From assembly GCF_009914755.1 (NCBI RefSeq), contig NC_060932.1: a DNA stretch of 64,000 nucleotides, one strand, 5' to 3'. The notes below the pieces were generated by a model, which was not told the DNA's origin, did no database searches, and saw nothing but the letters and a program-made list of their open reading frames with translations. Shown in pieces: positions 14,922-35,927 of this stretch (positions within the stretch are counted from its first letter, which is position 1; every line of letters starts with the position of its first letter). The position numbers and the translations under genes are program-made. Source of the stretch: the human T2T-CHM13v2.0 reference genome, Homo sapiens.

Positions 14922-15487
14922 ACCTGTGAATGTAAAGTCATTTACCTCTATACAAGTGTGCATTGGGCTTAGCTCACTTAGGACTATTGATGGCCTTGCC
15001 TCAAACTCAATTTTCTCAACCTATGTTGAACTATACAATCTCTGGGGAAACATGGGATGCCATGACTCTGTGATGAGATTGATAGAGACAGTATTTAGTC
15101 CCTGAGTTTCTGTGACCAGTGTGTTATTCTCTTAATATTTATTATTAATAAATTTAATGTTATTTAAACATAAAAATATAGTTTTCATACATGGTATTAT
15201 GATGGGTCCATCTTATATTATACAAACATAAGTTGAAGCTTTGAAGAGCAATCTTTCAGATTTTCATTTAATTACAAATTTGTGCATCTGTTTAATAAGA
15301 GAGAACTTATTACTAGTTACAGGTTTCTTGGCAACTGAGCTATTTTTACCTAGAGAAGACTAAAGAGGAGGTGATGGATATTTAAATGACAGAGTCCCAA
15401 CTGTTTGGAATTATGAGTCCATGTCCTTGTTTAATGTCTTCCGGGACAGCTGCCACCTGCTGTAACAGCTCTGGAACTCTGCTTTTA

Positions 15488-16821
<1,334 letters not shown>

Positions 16822-17083
16822 ACTCTATGCAGCTTATTTCAGTTATTTTCCACAAACAAGGACTGAGTACCACCTTTGGTAGGGCACCATGGGCCTGGAT
16901 TACACTTTGGCTCAGTCAAGTAATCCTTTGGTGGTGTTACCTCTGCACTTATCTCAGCCTTCTTAATGCTCAGTTTCTTAGTTGGTAAAATTGTAAAATA
17001 ATACCCATCCAGCAAGCATGTTGTGGAAATCACATGGTACAGGTCCTGAGGTTTGAGTCATATTTGGGAAATGAGGGTAGAGA

Positions 17084-17388
17084 TTTTTTTTTTTTTTTTT
17101 TTTTTTTTGAGAAGGAGTCTCACTCTGTCTCTCAGGCTGGAGTGCAGTGGTACCATCTGGGTCACTGCAACCTCCACCTCCTGGGTTCAAGCGATTCTCC
17201 TGCCTCAGCCTCCTGAGTAGCTGGGACTATAGGCACACACCCCCACGCCTGGCTAATTTTTGTATTTTTAGTAGAGACGGGGTTTTGCCATGTGACCAGG
17301 CTGGTCTCAAACTCCTGACCTCAGGTGATCTGCCCACCTCAGCCTCCCAAAGTGCTGGGATTACAGGCATGAGCCACCATGCCCGGCC
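17084..17388 (-). mobile_element. Alu (S-type)
   Basis: TSD ggtagaga. Confidence 0.95.
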
Positions 17389-17679
17389 ATGGTAGAGATA
17401 TTCTTGCTTTGGCTCTTTTCCTTTTTGTTTTTTCTTCTTTCCTTACTTTCACACAGTCACCCAAAAACTGTAAGGCCCTAAATAGGTTTTTATGTTTAAA
17501 GAGGTGAGAGTTTCATTCTATTATCATCAGCTCAAAGTGATGAGATACCCCACTGTCCTGGCTCCTAGATTTCTGCCCTCAAGAAAATGACATATACTTG
17601 AGAAGTCTAGATAAACTTCATCATTATTACCATCATCACAGTCTTATAATTATCAAAGTGGCATCACTCTTATCAGTAA

Positions 17680-18230
17680 TAATTATAGCTAACCTTTATT
17701 AAATGATTATGATGATCCAGGCATTGTGCTAAAAACATTTTATTTAGAGCTTATTTAAGCATCATCATAACCCTTTGAGTTAGGCACTATTCTTTTCTAC
17801 CCACCTGGAAGAAGCAATAAAATATAGTAGTTAGATCCTAGACATAGTGGTTAGGTTCACTAGAGCTGAACTTGCTGGGTTTAAGTCCTTGCTGCATTGT
17901 GTACTAGTTGTGTCATTTGGGGCATATTATTACATCATCCTGTGTTCTGTTATTTTCAATAAGGTGGGGTGATGATTATCATAAGATTACCCATTTCATA
18001 GGAATATTATGAAGATTAAATGAATTGAAAGCATATAGGGCTTTGAACACATTTCACAGAGTAAGAACTCAACAAATGTCTCCCCTTTTATCTCCATCTT
18101 TTATCTCCATCTTTTTAACTCCAGCTCAGAGGAGTTAGCTGACTAGATTTGGTTATGCAATCTTTAAACAGGGGGACTGAGATTTAACTGTAGGCAATTC
18201 AATTCTGCAGCTTGCATTCAAAACCTCTAT
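17680..18230. mobile_element. MIR fragments
   Basis: MIR core motifs (aggcattgtgcta, tgtgtcatttggggcat, gaagattaaatga, gctcagaggagttag). Confidence 0.6.
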
Positions 18231-19870
18231 ACTCTACATTTAAATAGAGTTTAATCACTAAACCAATCAACTATAGCAGACCTGGCACAATGCCATCTAA
18301 ATCTAAGGGGGTGGGTAGCACAACTGATAGGGGCTCACAGGACATCTCTATGGGATGGAGAGAAAGTGAAATACAACTCTGGAGATTTCTAAAACACTCT
18401 TCAAACAGGGTGGGGACACACTGATTTAAAACCCTTCAAATCCTGGGGATTGAATTGCAGAAAAGGTCAAGAGCAGGGATATGGGAATCTCTCATTTGCC
18501 TTTTGAAGCCTGGGCTCAGCTGGAGTTTTAAAGAAAAGAAAAAAATGACGCTTTGCCTTCTCTTTTCTCTTGGGTTTGGTAGACTGGACCTGAGGACAGT
18601 TTGTTCTGAGTGTGGGTTGGGAGTAGAAGTTAGACACCCAGGGTGGTTTAAGTTGCTCAACTGAATGTGGAATCTATCTCTCTGTCAGAGACAGCCAGTG
18701 GATGGATTGCCCTGCCTGGGTAATTAGCCAGGTTGTTGAAATAAAAAGCTACATCAAGCAGCAATTCGCATAATCCCAACCCAGGTACTCACCTCCCAGG
18801 TATCTCTCAAATGCATATAGCAACAGCTGTGGCTGAGTTTTGATACTGAAGTTTGATGATAAATAAAAACACTGACCCCACATTTTATAAGAACACACTC
18901 ACACTTTTTTCCTCTTTGTTATTTTTCATTACGTGCATAGGCTTGAGCCAAGCTTTTCTGGGCTTCAAGAGTGTTTCTTGTTTTGCTTTTCTTCTTCTTT
19001 TCTTTCCACCCCTCCTCCCCCAAACCTGGCACTCTGAGTATTGCATGACAGAGTTGATTCAGAAGCAATCTCCAAGCCTTCTACTTGGGGGGCCTCACCA
19101 GGCCTAAATGAAAACAATCATGGCAAGCCCTGGGGGAATCCTAAAGTTTGGGAACAATCTTTTAATGAGGGCAGGCTTCCAGGGAGCCTCCTCTTTGTCA
19201 TAAGGAGCTTCGGGTACTCAATTAGGTGTCCCAGAACGCCGTTTTCCCTGCTAAACCTCCAGAAAGCTGTAGGTGTTACATATGGCTCCTTGATTTTTTT
19301 TTTTTTTAATCCAGAGCTTTATTTTTATTCCAAAAATGAAGACTGTTAGATATCTTTAAGAAACCTCCTTTACCTAAGCAGTGAGCTCTGAACAAATGGA
19401 ACTCTTGACTGCAGGAGCTAAGACAGACAGCGTTACTCCCTTCCTCAGATCATGCCTCACTTACTTCCACTGGCTCCTTTTTCCACAACTCCTAGGCAGG
19501 GACCAGCCCGTTTGGCTCTCTGTTCAGAGACCTGGCTTAGCACTGATGTTTGTGTACTGCTTCTAGCCTTCTGACACGCAACTCATTTTCAGGATGCTCC
19601 GACCATGTCTCAGGCCTACAAAACAGCTTGGCATTAATGAGAATTGGTTTAAGAAGACTCTCATGTATGTATATATATATATAAAGATTTTATAGATTAC
19701 CTCATTCATTTAACCTTTTATTCCCAAAGCTCTCTATATAATTGATAAAGACCTATGATTACAAAATATCCTTTACAAGCCCCTTTTCTTGTCTGTTTCA
19801 GTTTTTCTTTTCTTTTCTTTTTTTAACCTCAAACATGGGTATTAGAGTAAATATTTTCAATGTTTCAATG

Positions 19871-20171
<301 letters not shown>

Positions 20172-20688
20172 TCAATGTTCCTTTGAACCCTGAAATGATA
20201 TTTTTATGATTGATAGTTTAGTGCCTCTCTCCTACAAAGGAATTTCCCTAATCCCATGGGAGAAGTATAATAATATAAGCAAACACAGCAAGCAAGGCAA
20301 AGTTCTTACAATTCTTCCTGATTCCTGACTAATGATCAATTTTATAGGACTTTTTAACTTCTAAAATATCAGGACAATTACTCAGAAAAATATGACCATA
20401 AGAGTGCACAATGTTAATGCGTAAGATGAACAAAGAAGAATATTTGGAATTTTATTATGAAATCCTGGTCATTAATAGTGGTAGGCCGTCTGTGACTTGA
20501 AGAACAAGGATCTCTTCCTTGTTCTTACCCCCCTTCCAATTCTCTCCTCTCAGTGGGTACCTTCTTTTCCCTTTCTCCCCATATCCTTCAATCCTATCCT
20601 TTCTTTTCCCATCCTTCAATGACAGTTTTAAACAATACTAATATCTAAGTGTTGGTGTGCTTAGCACTATTCCTGAATAAGATACTTT

Positions 20689-21816
<1,128 letters not shown>

Positions 21817-22006
21817 ACATATCCCAACCAAAAAGAGGACAAATTTCCCCAAAGTAAATTTTAGTCTTATGCAGGAAGTAAGAAATACATAAAGTAGAGA
21901 CATGTAAATAAGAAGATAATGAATTATAGAACTGAATACATAGTTAAGTCAGCAAGAAAAAGAAAACAAAAAAGATCCCAGTCTTCTTTCTCAATTGGTT
22001 ATTCTC

Positions 22007-22292
22007 TTTTTGGGACAGGTTCTAGCTCTGGCACCCAGGCTGACATGAAGTGGTTCTATCTCAGCTCACTGCAACCTTTGCCTCCTGAGCTCAAGTGATC
22101 TTCCCACCTCAGCCTCCTGAGTAGCTGGGACTACAGGCGCATGTCACAACAACTGGCTAACTTTTGTATTTTTTGTAGAGATGAAGTTTCACCATGTTGC
22201 CCAGCTGGTTTCAAACTCCGAGGCTCAAGCAATTCACCCACCTCAGCCTCCCAAAGTGCTAGGATTACAAGCATGGGCCATCATGCCTGGTC
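22007..22292 (-). mobile_element. AluJ
   Basis: Diverged dimer with J-type gctcaagtgatcttcccacctcagcc. Confidence 0.9.
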
Positions 22293-22329
22293 TAATTCAT
22301 TTTTCTTCATCTACCTTCATTGCTTTGAT

Positions 22330-23350
<1,021 letters not shown>

Positions 23351-23354
23351 CACA

Positions 23355-24040
23355 GTTAGGGAGTCAGTGTATTAGGGAGGTGAATATGGTAATAAAGAGG
23401 CAACACAATGGATTCTTGAGCTGAGACTGTTCTGCACCTTGACTGGGATGGTAGACACACAAACTTATATGTGTGATAAAATTTTATAGAACTAAATATA
23501 CAGAGACACAAGACACACACACACACACGAAAAAGTAAAACTGGGGAGGTCTGAATAAGATTGGTAGATTACAGCTGGGCGGGGTGGCTCACACCTGAAT
23601 CTCAGCACTTTGGAAAGCCGAGGCGGGTGGATTACCTGAGGTCGGGAGTTCAAGACCAGCCTGGCCAACATGGTGAAACTCAGTCTCTACTAAAAATACA
23701 AAAATTAACCAGGCACAGTGGTGTGCACCTGTAGTCCCAGCTACTTGGGAGGCTGAGGCAGGAGAATCACTTGAACCCGGGAAGCAGAGGTTTCAGTGAG
23801 CTGAGATTGTGCACTCCAGCCTGGGTGACAGAACGAGACTCTGTCTTAAAAAAAAAAAAAAAATGGCAGATTAGATCGCGTCAATGTCCATTTCCTATTA
23901 TATGATAACTCAAATTTTGCAAGTTTTTACCATTGGGGGAAGGGCAAAAACTAAGTAAAGGGAATGGGATCTCTCTGTATTATTTCTTCCAGCAGCATGT
24001 AAATCTACAATTATCTTAAAATTAAAAGTTTAATTTAAAA
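23355..24040 (+). mobile_element. L1MC-type 3' end containing (CA)n and Alu
   Basis: aaaactggggaggtctgaataag...gatctctctgtattatttcttc...aaatctacaattatc. Confidence 0.65.
23573..23862 (+). mobile_element. Alu (S-type)
   Basis: Full dimer; TSD tgg(t/c)agatta. Confidence 0.94.
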
Positions 24041-24414
24041 AACGTTGAGTCCCCCAAAAAATATTTTGTGGATGACAGGTGATCATTCCATTCATCCCGT
24101 TATTGACTCTCAAATTACCTTTTTTTAGAAAAAGGATTTGTCTTGTCGGAGGAAAGAAATTTCTTGACTTTTCCGAAGTAAGAGAGATGAGAATTGATTG
24201 ATCTATCTTGCTCCACAAAGGATTTTTCTGCTTTATAATGAGGGAACTTGCCCATGTTTGGTTGGTTGTACTTCTGAGTTATCCTTGTTTAAACTTGCCT
24301 AGTTTGATAGAAAGGATTCTTAGATTTGTATTCAGAAAACCTGAATTCAAGTCTAGGCCATGGCACCAATTTGCTTTGCATCGTTGTTCAAGTCAAGGGT
24401 CCTCATGATCCTTA

Positions 24415-24917
<503 letters not shown>

Positions 24918-25536
24918 TTACCATGCTTTACTTTTGAGATATAGCACAAATTTTTACAGAGCAGGGTTGAGAATATCATGTCACCCAAAATTTTTATTAA
25001 AGTATACCTAAGAGTTTCAGTGAAGTAATTGCAGGAGACCCTGAGATTTATTCCCAAGGCTTGGCTACAAAATGTCATATTTTGTTGCAGGTTAAGGAGT
25101 TTTAGGTTTGTTGCCTTTTGGAGTAATTAAAAATTAGTATCATAATATAACTTCTTGAGAAAAGAAAAGTAGGAAAAATTATGGCCGAGAAACAATTTAA
25201 AAAAGAATGAAATGGACATTGTGTTTATAAACTTTTGAATGTTGGATAAAGTCCTAAATATACAGAGATAGCCTAGAAAATCTTATAAGGAGAAGATCTG
25301 CTGATGAACAGAGGAAAATTCTGTCTGAGAATAGGAAGACAGAAAAAATATTAAGAGAAGTTCTCTTTCAGGTGAGAGCAATTTTTATCAAAATATAGAT
25401 ATGATACAAACTATATATGAGAATATATGAGATGAAATATGTGAGAATCACGTGGGCCACTGTTAAGATGCACAGATGCCTGAGGCCCATCTGGGATCTA
25501 TTGACTGAAAAACTCTAAACACTGGAGAATTTGCAC

Positions 25537-25637
25537 TTTTTTTTTCTTTTTTGAGACAGAGTCTCTCAGTGTTGCCCAGGCTGGAGTGCAGTGGTGCGAT
25601 CTCGGCTCACTGCAACCTCTGCCTCTCGAGTTCAAGC
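25537..25637 (-). mobile_element. 5'-truncated Alu (right arm only)
   Basis: ~100 bp with polyT; TSD aatttgcactt. Confidence 0.88.
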
Positions 25638-25679
25638 AAATTTGCACTTCTGATGAGCACAGTATATTAGATGCAATTT

Positions 25680-26122
25680 CTATTGCCCTGCTTTAGGACA
25701 GAGATACTCACTCCCCTAGCTGCTAAGAGTTTGAGTGTTTTTAAAAGACAGTTGAATGACTCCCCAGGAATTCCCCTGGGCTGAAGAGAACTGTGTTGTT
25801 CAAGGCTGAGTTTTTTCCCCTGCTCTCCACCCCAGAATAGCCTTTGTCTAATTACTAGTTGTTACAACAGGTGGGGTACAAAGACATAGCACCCTTGTCT
25901 AAATTTAAGACAACTCTAGAGGGCCATTTCATCTCTAGGACCCCGGAGGGATAGGCTGAGGCCTCAGTTGCAACTGTGTCATAGCTCAACTTTTTCTTCT
26001 GCCTGTTACTGCTTCCCTCACTATCTTAAAGGTGTTTTTCCTAAAAGCAATTCACAGTAAGCCATCTGCAAAAGAGTCTCCATCTCAGGGTCTGTTTCCT
26101 GGGATACTGAATGCAAGGTACA
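25680..26122 (+). mobile_element. Old ERVL LTR (LTR16-like)
   Basis: 3' end ...ctccatctcagggtctgtttcctgggga... Confidence 0.5.
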
Positions 26123-26830
26123 CTATAAATATTTAGCACTATTGCAGGTGCTCATGTCTAGACTTCAGGAAAAAAAAAAAAAAGCAATGGCAACAAAAGG
26201 CCTTAGTCCTGAACTGTGTTATAAAAGGCATTTTTAATCTACTTGGGCTGCCACCTACACTCTTGGGTTATAAAAAGGGAGCAGCAGCAGAGCCCGTAGA
26301 AAAGAACACAAAGAGCATGGTGACTGCGCCTGTGACAGCAGAATGATTGGCTACAGGAAGCATCAGCAAGAGCAAAGCGACTGAGAAGGACGCAGAGATG
26401 GCAGCCTTAATTGAGCAAGAGCACAGCATCAGAGGTAATCCAAGGGGCTGCCCTGCATAGCATCCACCTGACATAGGAGGAAGGGATTTGGGCAAAATCT
26501 GCAGGGCTAGAGTGCTGTAAGGAGTAGAATTAACAGAAGACAGAGGGAATTGGCTTTCTAGATGTCACACGCACTGCTTTACCAAGAGACTCTTGTTCTT
26601 TTTTTTTCTGACTGTGGGTTTACCCATAGAGTCTGTGATAATATGTGAAATTGACATATATGCAATTGTCTGCTCATCCTACCTCATCTTCTATAATAGA
26701 TTCTGCTCCCCCATGGAGAAGAGGGTATTCCTACATCATAGGCTACATCTGCTCAGATGGGGATGGGGAGGGTTATTGAGCTGAGGTGGGCCAATCACAC
26801 TTTCTTCTTCAATGTCTTTAAATTTCCCTC

Positions 26831-27412
26831 TGTTGTGCTGAAGTCCTATTAACCTCAATAGGAAAGGCATCAGGTTGAACAGGCCAAAGAAGAGGTGCAG
26901 AGCCAGCAAACAAGACATAGGGTTTAATTAGGGGCTTACATACAGAAAAGAGAGTCCAGTGGCAGCAGCTGGACAGGAGAACCACCTTATGCACAGAAAT
27001 TGTCTACTGGCCACAGGCTGGACCGCATATCTGCCTCCCTACAGATCAGTGGTGGCAGGCTGGATGATATAATCGCATGGCCCAGTGGCGGCAGGCTGGG
27101 CAGGGAAACTGCAATCACTTGCAAACAGCATGCAGTTTATATAGTATTTTCACTTGACACCCTCCCTTTAACAACCTCCACCTGGCAACCTTCACGCATC
27201 CCAGAACTCAGGGCCCCAATCCACTGTATGGCCCATGTTCCACAAGAAGAAACAGGAGCTCAGATGTTCCTCATGGACAAGGAATGAATCGAATCCTCAG
27301 GTTGGCCACGCCTGGATTCCCTAGCTCAGAACACACATTCAAATGCCTCTGCCATACAGCATCATTTTCAGGGTATGCTCAAGCTACTGCTATCAGGTGC
27401 ATTTACACAACA
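26831..27412 (-). mobile_element. LTR32-like (ERVL) solo LTR
   Basis: Minus strand TGTTGTGTAAATGCACCTGATAGCAG...GCACAACA; internal TATATAAA; 5-bp TSD ccctc/ctctc. Confidence 0.8.
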
Positions 27413-28089
27413 CTCTCTTTATATAAATTATTTGTGCTTTGTTTCCTCTAACTTGAAACCAAAGGAATTCTGATAATATGCTGGGGTCGAGATACAGAAG
27501 GAACGTAATATTCATGGAGCACTACTGTGTGCCAGACATTCAAAAGGGATTAAATTTGCTAGCTAATTATAGTCTAAAGTAATACTAAGACATCTGACAC
27601 TGAAAATAATCATATTTGGAAAACATGGCGAATGAGCAATATTAAATAATCCCAGCTCAGATCAACTCAACAGGGGAGTAAGTTTCCGGATTTGTCATCC
27701 TCACTCATTAGGATGCATTTCAAAGCTCCAGCAAAGCTCCTCACTGAGGTTCTTTCATGATCCAAATGAATGATTGTAAACACCTGCTCTTAAGATTATT
27801 CAGCCCCCAAACATCCTTTTAGTTCTTTGTAAAGTGAAACTTCAAATCTCAGTCTAATTGCCATTCACATCTTTGAACAGATCTACAGCACATTAAATGA
27901 GAAACCTTTTGGCCCTACAGTGTGTCTCCTGCAGCTTGTTTTCTTACGGAAGTGAAATTGTTGAAGTAACAGTCTTATAAAACGTTAGCCTTGCCATTTA
28001 AATGTCTGCTGTCTAAAACGCACAGATCCCTTAACCAACAAGGGAGAATATTGTGAATTTGGGCACTCAATAGAAAAACACAGCCAAGA

Positions 28090-28392
28090 GGCTGGGCGCA
28101 GTGGCTCACGCCTGTAATCCCAGCACTTTGGGAGGCCGAGGCGGGTGGATCACGAGGTCAGGAGTTCAAGATCAGCCTGGCCAAGACCGTGAAACCCCAT
28201 CTCTACTAAAAATACAAAAAATTAGCCAGGCGTGGTGGTGGGCACCTGTAATCCCAGCTACTCGGGAGGCTAAGGCAGAGAATAGCTTGAACCCAGGAGG
28301 TGGAGGTTGCAGTGAGCCTAGATGGCGTCACTGCACTCCAGCCTGGGCTACAGAGCAAAACTCCATCCTCAAAAAAAAAGAAAAGAAAAAGA
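28090..28392 (+). mobile_element. Alu (S-type)
   Basis: TSD gaaaaacacagcc(a/g)aga. Confidence 0.96.
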
Positions 28393-28795
28393 AAAACACA
28401 GCCGAGAAATCCCTATGATCAAGACTTGACTAAATTTTATTTAAAATATTTAACAACAGTAACAAATCTTTATTTTTTGCTCTTTTGTAAAATAAAGGGT
28501 TCGGGCCACTAGCTAACATTTACTGAGTGCTGTTTACAAATCTCATGTAATTATTGTGGTAGACTGTTGAACATGTCAATGAACTATTGTACCCTAAACT
28601 ATGCATATCCTGTGTGTAGTCCTTGCACATCAATTCTGAACTTGGTCATATTAATTTATTTGGTTAGCTGTACAGGAGCAAGCCTGAGACACTCAGAGGC
28701 TCAATAATTGCTTGTGCACTAGGTCTTTTTCTCTTAAAATTTTCTGTCCCCCTCTGAGAGTCCCTCAAAGCTACCCTGTAAAGAAGTTTGGCTAC

Positions 28796-29910
<1,115 letters not shown>

Positions 29911-31130
29911 GCTACTCTGCTGGAAAGAGCACAGAGAGGGGAGAGAGAGAAATGATGCTGATGACGCCTGGCTAAGAAATCACTGTGATCAAGACTTGGC
30001 TTGATTTGTTGTGAGAAAGAATAAATTGTTTTTGTTTTAAGCCTCTACGTTTTGGAAAAATTTATTCTACACAATAGACCCTTAAAATAACCTTCATTAT
30101 CCTTGAAACTAATACTTTTATGGTACCTTTGACAAATGCAGAAAGTGCAGCAGAGAGCTTACTTAGCTTGCCAGTGATAACACAGGCCGTAGGTGAAACA
30201 ACCAAATTTCACACATAGGCATTCTGCTCCAATCAGTGTGCTATATATTATTTATCTAAAATAAAGATATTTCTATTCATAATATTTAAAAAATTAGACA
30301 ATTGCGAATACTTACTATTAGCCAACACTGTCGTACATCTTCTAAAACACACTTAATCTTCACACTAATCCTGTGAGGGAGTTTTTTATAGATGTTCGTT
30401 GTTTTGAGACTCCCATTTTTTGAAAGCTTTTTTTTTTGGTAAGAGGACTCCTATTACCTTTTGGAGAATTGTCTCCTTTTTACTGTATACAGAATTAACA
30501 GCAATGGCTATTAAAGAGTCCTGCCCTCCCTTAGGCAAAAGTTGGGCACGTGACCTAAGCTGAACCAATCAGAATCTCCCTTGTGAGAATTTGAATCAGG
30601 AGTGCAGAACAGCGCAAAGACAGAAGCACAGCTGAAGCTCATTCACTGTAGGCGGCAGACATGGGAAAGCCCCCAAATCAGAACACGAATCCTCTTTTAA
30701 TTACCCACAGCTACAGTATTTCCAACCCTCTTATATTCCTGCCTGGTTCTCTGATCTCTGCTCTTCAGTACAACCCTTCTCTGCCTTGGTTGGTCAGTTT
30801 TGCTCTGTTGCATTCAAGAAATAAATTACTTAAAGACGAGGAAAATCAGTCTCATTGAGCCTACATAACTTGCTCAGGGTCTCACATCTTACAAATGGCA
30901 GAGTTGGGATCATAATTCATCTCTTGGCTCAAAGCCAGTGTGTTTAACCACACTAATCTTAGATGCATCAGCAGACTTTTAGATTTTCCAAGCCACGTAT
31001 TGTTAGATATATAGATCTGTATGTTGTTTGATAATTGAAAAGTAACATAAATGAATTTCATTATTTTAATACCCTGTAAAAATGTGTTTTTTGAGATATG
31101 ATTTAATTTAATGCTAGTAGCATTTATTGA

Positions 31131-31474
<344 letters not shown>

Positions 31475-31779
31475 TGAAGAAAGCATTTGTAAAGATGGTT
31501 ATGGGAGATTGGAAAAAGTGCCAGAATGAAAAGAATAAATCTTTTTTGAATTCTGCCTTTATGTGTTAATGGACTTTGGGAAAATCTAATACTTCCAAAT
31601 GTCAATTCCTTCATCTTAAAATGAGGTTATTTATACTTAACTTACAAGCTTGACGGGATTAAATGAAATCATATATTTAAAATTGCTTGTCATTTGGCAG
31701 TCACCCAACCTACTTGATATTTACTTGTTATTGACTTAGCATTTTTCTATTTTTTTGCTAATCCATCATAAATGATAAG

Positions 31780-32100
31780 ATCACTCACTCGTTCACTTGA
31801 TCAACAAATATAGCCTTCACTCCGTGAAAAAGCATTTCATGTTGATAAAGTATGTTTACAAAGATGAATAAGACATAGACTTCCGCGTTGAGCAGATCAC
31901 AGTCTATCAGAGAGGGAACATGAGAAAGTTTTGAATAATTAAATATAATGTATTAAATGCATTACTGGAAAATACAAGTGATGTTTGGAAATAAAGAATG
32001 GAGTTACTGACTCTTAGTGACCACCAGAAAAGCTTCTCAGGAGAGGTTGATGTTTCACCTGGGCTTTGTAGGACAATGAGATAAGGTGAGTGAAGCTTAA
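31780..32100 (-). mobile_element. L2 fragment
   Basis: cactcactcgttcacttgatcaacaaata...aagatgaataagacatagac. Confidence 0.55.
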
Positions 32101-32925
32101 ATAAATGAATTAACCAAAATCACCAAATCACCTGAGTAGGAAGTGCTTGGATTAGAGTGATCAGCTGCTAGCTAATGTTTACTCCAAATCTAAGCCTCCC
32201 TTCACTCTACCATTCACATCTGTTGACTTAAACAGAAAAAAAAAAAAAAAAACTAATTTGTTTTATCAGTGGGTTTAGAGTGAAAAAAAATAAATTATTT
32301 TCTTATTCACAATGGTAGAAGGGAAGAGGGAATAAAGCTATAGTTGTGAGGACCCGTATTTATCTGACTTCAGAAGCTCAGCTGGGTTAGATCAATTCTG
32401 GAGAAATATTTTAACCTTTACACATAGATTCTCACCCAGTCACAGTCTGTAGACTATCCTTTATCTGCTCTAGAAAGGAAATGACTCAAGCATGGGAAGG
32501 AAAGATGGAAAATACCTATGGCATCATTGGATTTGTCCCTTGCCAGATACTATAATTTCTGTGGAGACACTTTCTTAATAAGACCTTGTTTAGGCTGGGC
32601 TTCTATCCATATAGTGAGATATGAGCTCTATATGCCCAGAAGTCATGTTCTGAACAGTTTGGAAATTGGCCATCTAAGGGGGTCATAGCAACATAAGCAA
32701 CCTCCGTCATGGTCCTGGAAGGTCAATGGAAGTTCTCAGCTCTCTTTGTACTTGCTAATCTCTATGTTCCTTCTGCCAAAATTCTACTTAGAAAAGGTTA
32801 TTGCTGGCTACAAATCACCATCCGGTGCCTAGATTACTGGCAAAGTGATGTGGGACTTCTCCCGGGTAGTGCTTAAAAATGAGCAAGCAGTAACTGTGGC
32901 CATCAGTACACAGAGAATTAGTGTA

Positions 32926-33240
<315 letters not shown>

Positions 33241-33759
33241 GAAATTAGTGTATTTCTTTTCCTTACAGTATCTTCTCCACACCAGATACTCAAACTTGAA
33301 AAATATTATCAGATATCAAAGAGAGTTACAACATTTAAAATCCTGGGTGTGAGCTTAAATAAACATTCATGTAGTATTGATTAAAACATTTTTAAAAAAG
33401 AACAGATAAAGCTCCAGTTCCACAGTCTGTACATAACTAAGCCATACATTTTTAAGTATTTATTATACTTGGGTCTAACTTGTAGGGTAAATTGTTAATT
33501 TGTGGAAATGAATATCGGGGAAAGGGAAAAAAAGCCTTCCTTTTTCTACTTTAAAATAACAAATAAGCCATTCTTTAAACCCTTGATGTCCTCTGTGGCC
33601 TGTCTTATGATTCAATTTGAGGTAAGCAGAAACAAGGCTTATCAAAGTGAGGTATTTGGCACCAATATTTTATACCTGCATATATTCAGCCATATTCAAT
33701 TAGTATTTTCTTTATGTCAAACAATGTTCTGGAGCTCTTTGAGATGTCCCTGTTCTCTG

Positions 33760-34320
33760 AATTTTATACTCTGGGTGCTCAAAGAGACAATAATCAAGCA
33801 AACAAATAAATAAATATACTAATTTCCAACAGCAATGCTTTGAGAAAAATAATATGATGATATGGTAGAAAGTGAGTGGGGGACAGGATGTCACTTTAGA
33901 CTGCATGGCCAGGAAATAACTCTCTGAAGAGGTGAGCTCAATAACAAGAAGAAATCAACCATGCTATGTTCTTGGAGAAGAGCCCTTTAGGCAAATACAT
34001 AGCCATGGTTAATGGCCCCTGAAGCGGGAACAAGCTTGTCTTGGCTGAGGAACAGAAAGGATGCCAGTGTGTAATGTAATAAGGAAGAAGGAGAGAGGTG
34101 CAACAGGAAGTCATGGAAACATACAGAAGGCAGATCATGTTGGACCTTGTGGAATATGGTATTCTAAGATAAGATGTTTGAAGGCTTCTAAGCAGGTGAG
34201 TCAGATGCTCTCACCCTGGCTGTTAGAAAGGTGCAAGAGTGGGAGAAAGGATAGATGTCTGACAATACAAACAAGATGCTGGTGGCTTGTCTGAGCATGG
34301 TGAAAGTGATGAAGAGAAGA
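33760..34320 (-). mobile_element. L2 fragment
   Basis: ggccaggaaataactctctgaagaggtga...gaggaacagaaaggatgccagtgtg...gcagatcatgttggaccttg. Confidence 0.65.
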
Positions 34321-34835
34321 GTCCACCAGGACTCAGGCCCTTATCTGACCTTCGTAAGGTAAAAATCTTGATGTGTCCTAATGCTCAGAACAAATCATCA
34401 TAACTCAAATGTGCAGAGTTTTTCTGAATTCTCAATGGCCTTTTCCTTCTATTATTATTACTAATATTATTATTTAGTCTCAATAGACTCCCTATGAGGT
34501 TTGTAGCAGGGGACCTCTTATACTTTTCAAATTGAGAAATTGAGATATTCACCAAGAGTCAACCAGAACCCAGTGAAGCCAGGACTGAAATTCAACTAAT
34601 GCCAACATCATGCTTTTCCTACTGACCCACCTACCATATTTTAGACATTCCAAAGTGCTTATTTTATCAGATGTAAAATTTTCTGTATTAAGTGTTATTC
34701 TGGATGTCAGAAGATACTAGACAATTACATGAGTTTAACAGTTCTGTGTCTGAAGAGGGTGGCCACCTATGCTGAGAAAAAAAAAAAAAAACTGTATAGA
34801 AGCCTAGAAATGGGTGACTTAACATGCAGTTTTGA

Positions 34836-35275
<440 letters not shown>

Positions 35276-35927
35276 TTATTAAACTCCTATGACATGGTAA
35301 GTATTTTTCCTATGTATTTTTCATAGGATATTTTGATTACACAATAACTCTGAAAGATGAGTGTCATTTCCTTTATTATTCAGATAAACTAAGGCTCAAA
35401 GTGGTGGTGTAGTTTTCTCAAGTTTATACAACTGAAAAACAGCAGAGCAGCAGTTTGAATGCAAGTCAATCTGCAACCAAAGCCCAAGTATACAGTGAGT
35501 CAGAGCTCCAAACTTGTCTGGCCTTATACACTTCCAAAATGGGTAATATGGCAGCAATTTGTTTTGGAGCAAGAACTTTAGAATCTCCACTTTTTTTTAT
35601 ATGTTATGATATTTCCTAATGGAGCTGAATATTTCAGGTACTGTACTGTACTACTCAGAGTGGCCTTATATTTAAAATCTAAATATCAAAGACCTGTAAT
35701 CCTGAAAGCTTATAATTTACAACTCCTTTTGAAGGGAATGGATTTAAGCATAGCCTCTATATGTCAGGTTTAAGATTAGAGAAGCTGCCCAGAAATTGCA
35801 AATTAGAGGTTTTCTGCATTATAAAGCAGGCCTCAAACACTTATCTGGATGAAAGAGAGCCAGATGCTGGCTCCAGGGTATGTAACCCGTAGTGAAGTTA
35901 GAACCCAGGAGCTAAAAATCAAATGGA

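Noticed and set aside
26268-26290. TATAAAA followed by purine-rich sequence as a novel promoter
   Set aside because: Isolated motif within probable degraded LTR sequence; no supporting exon structure
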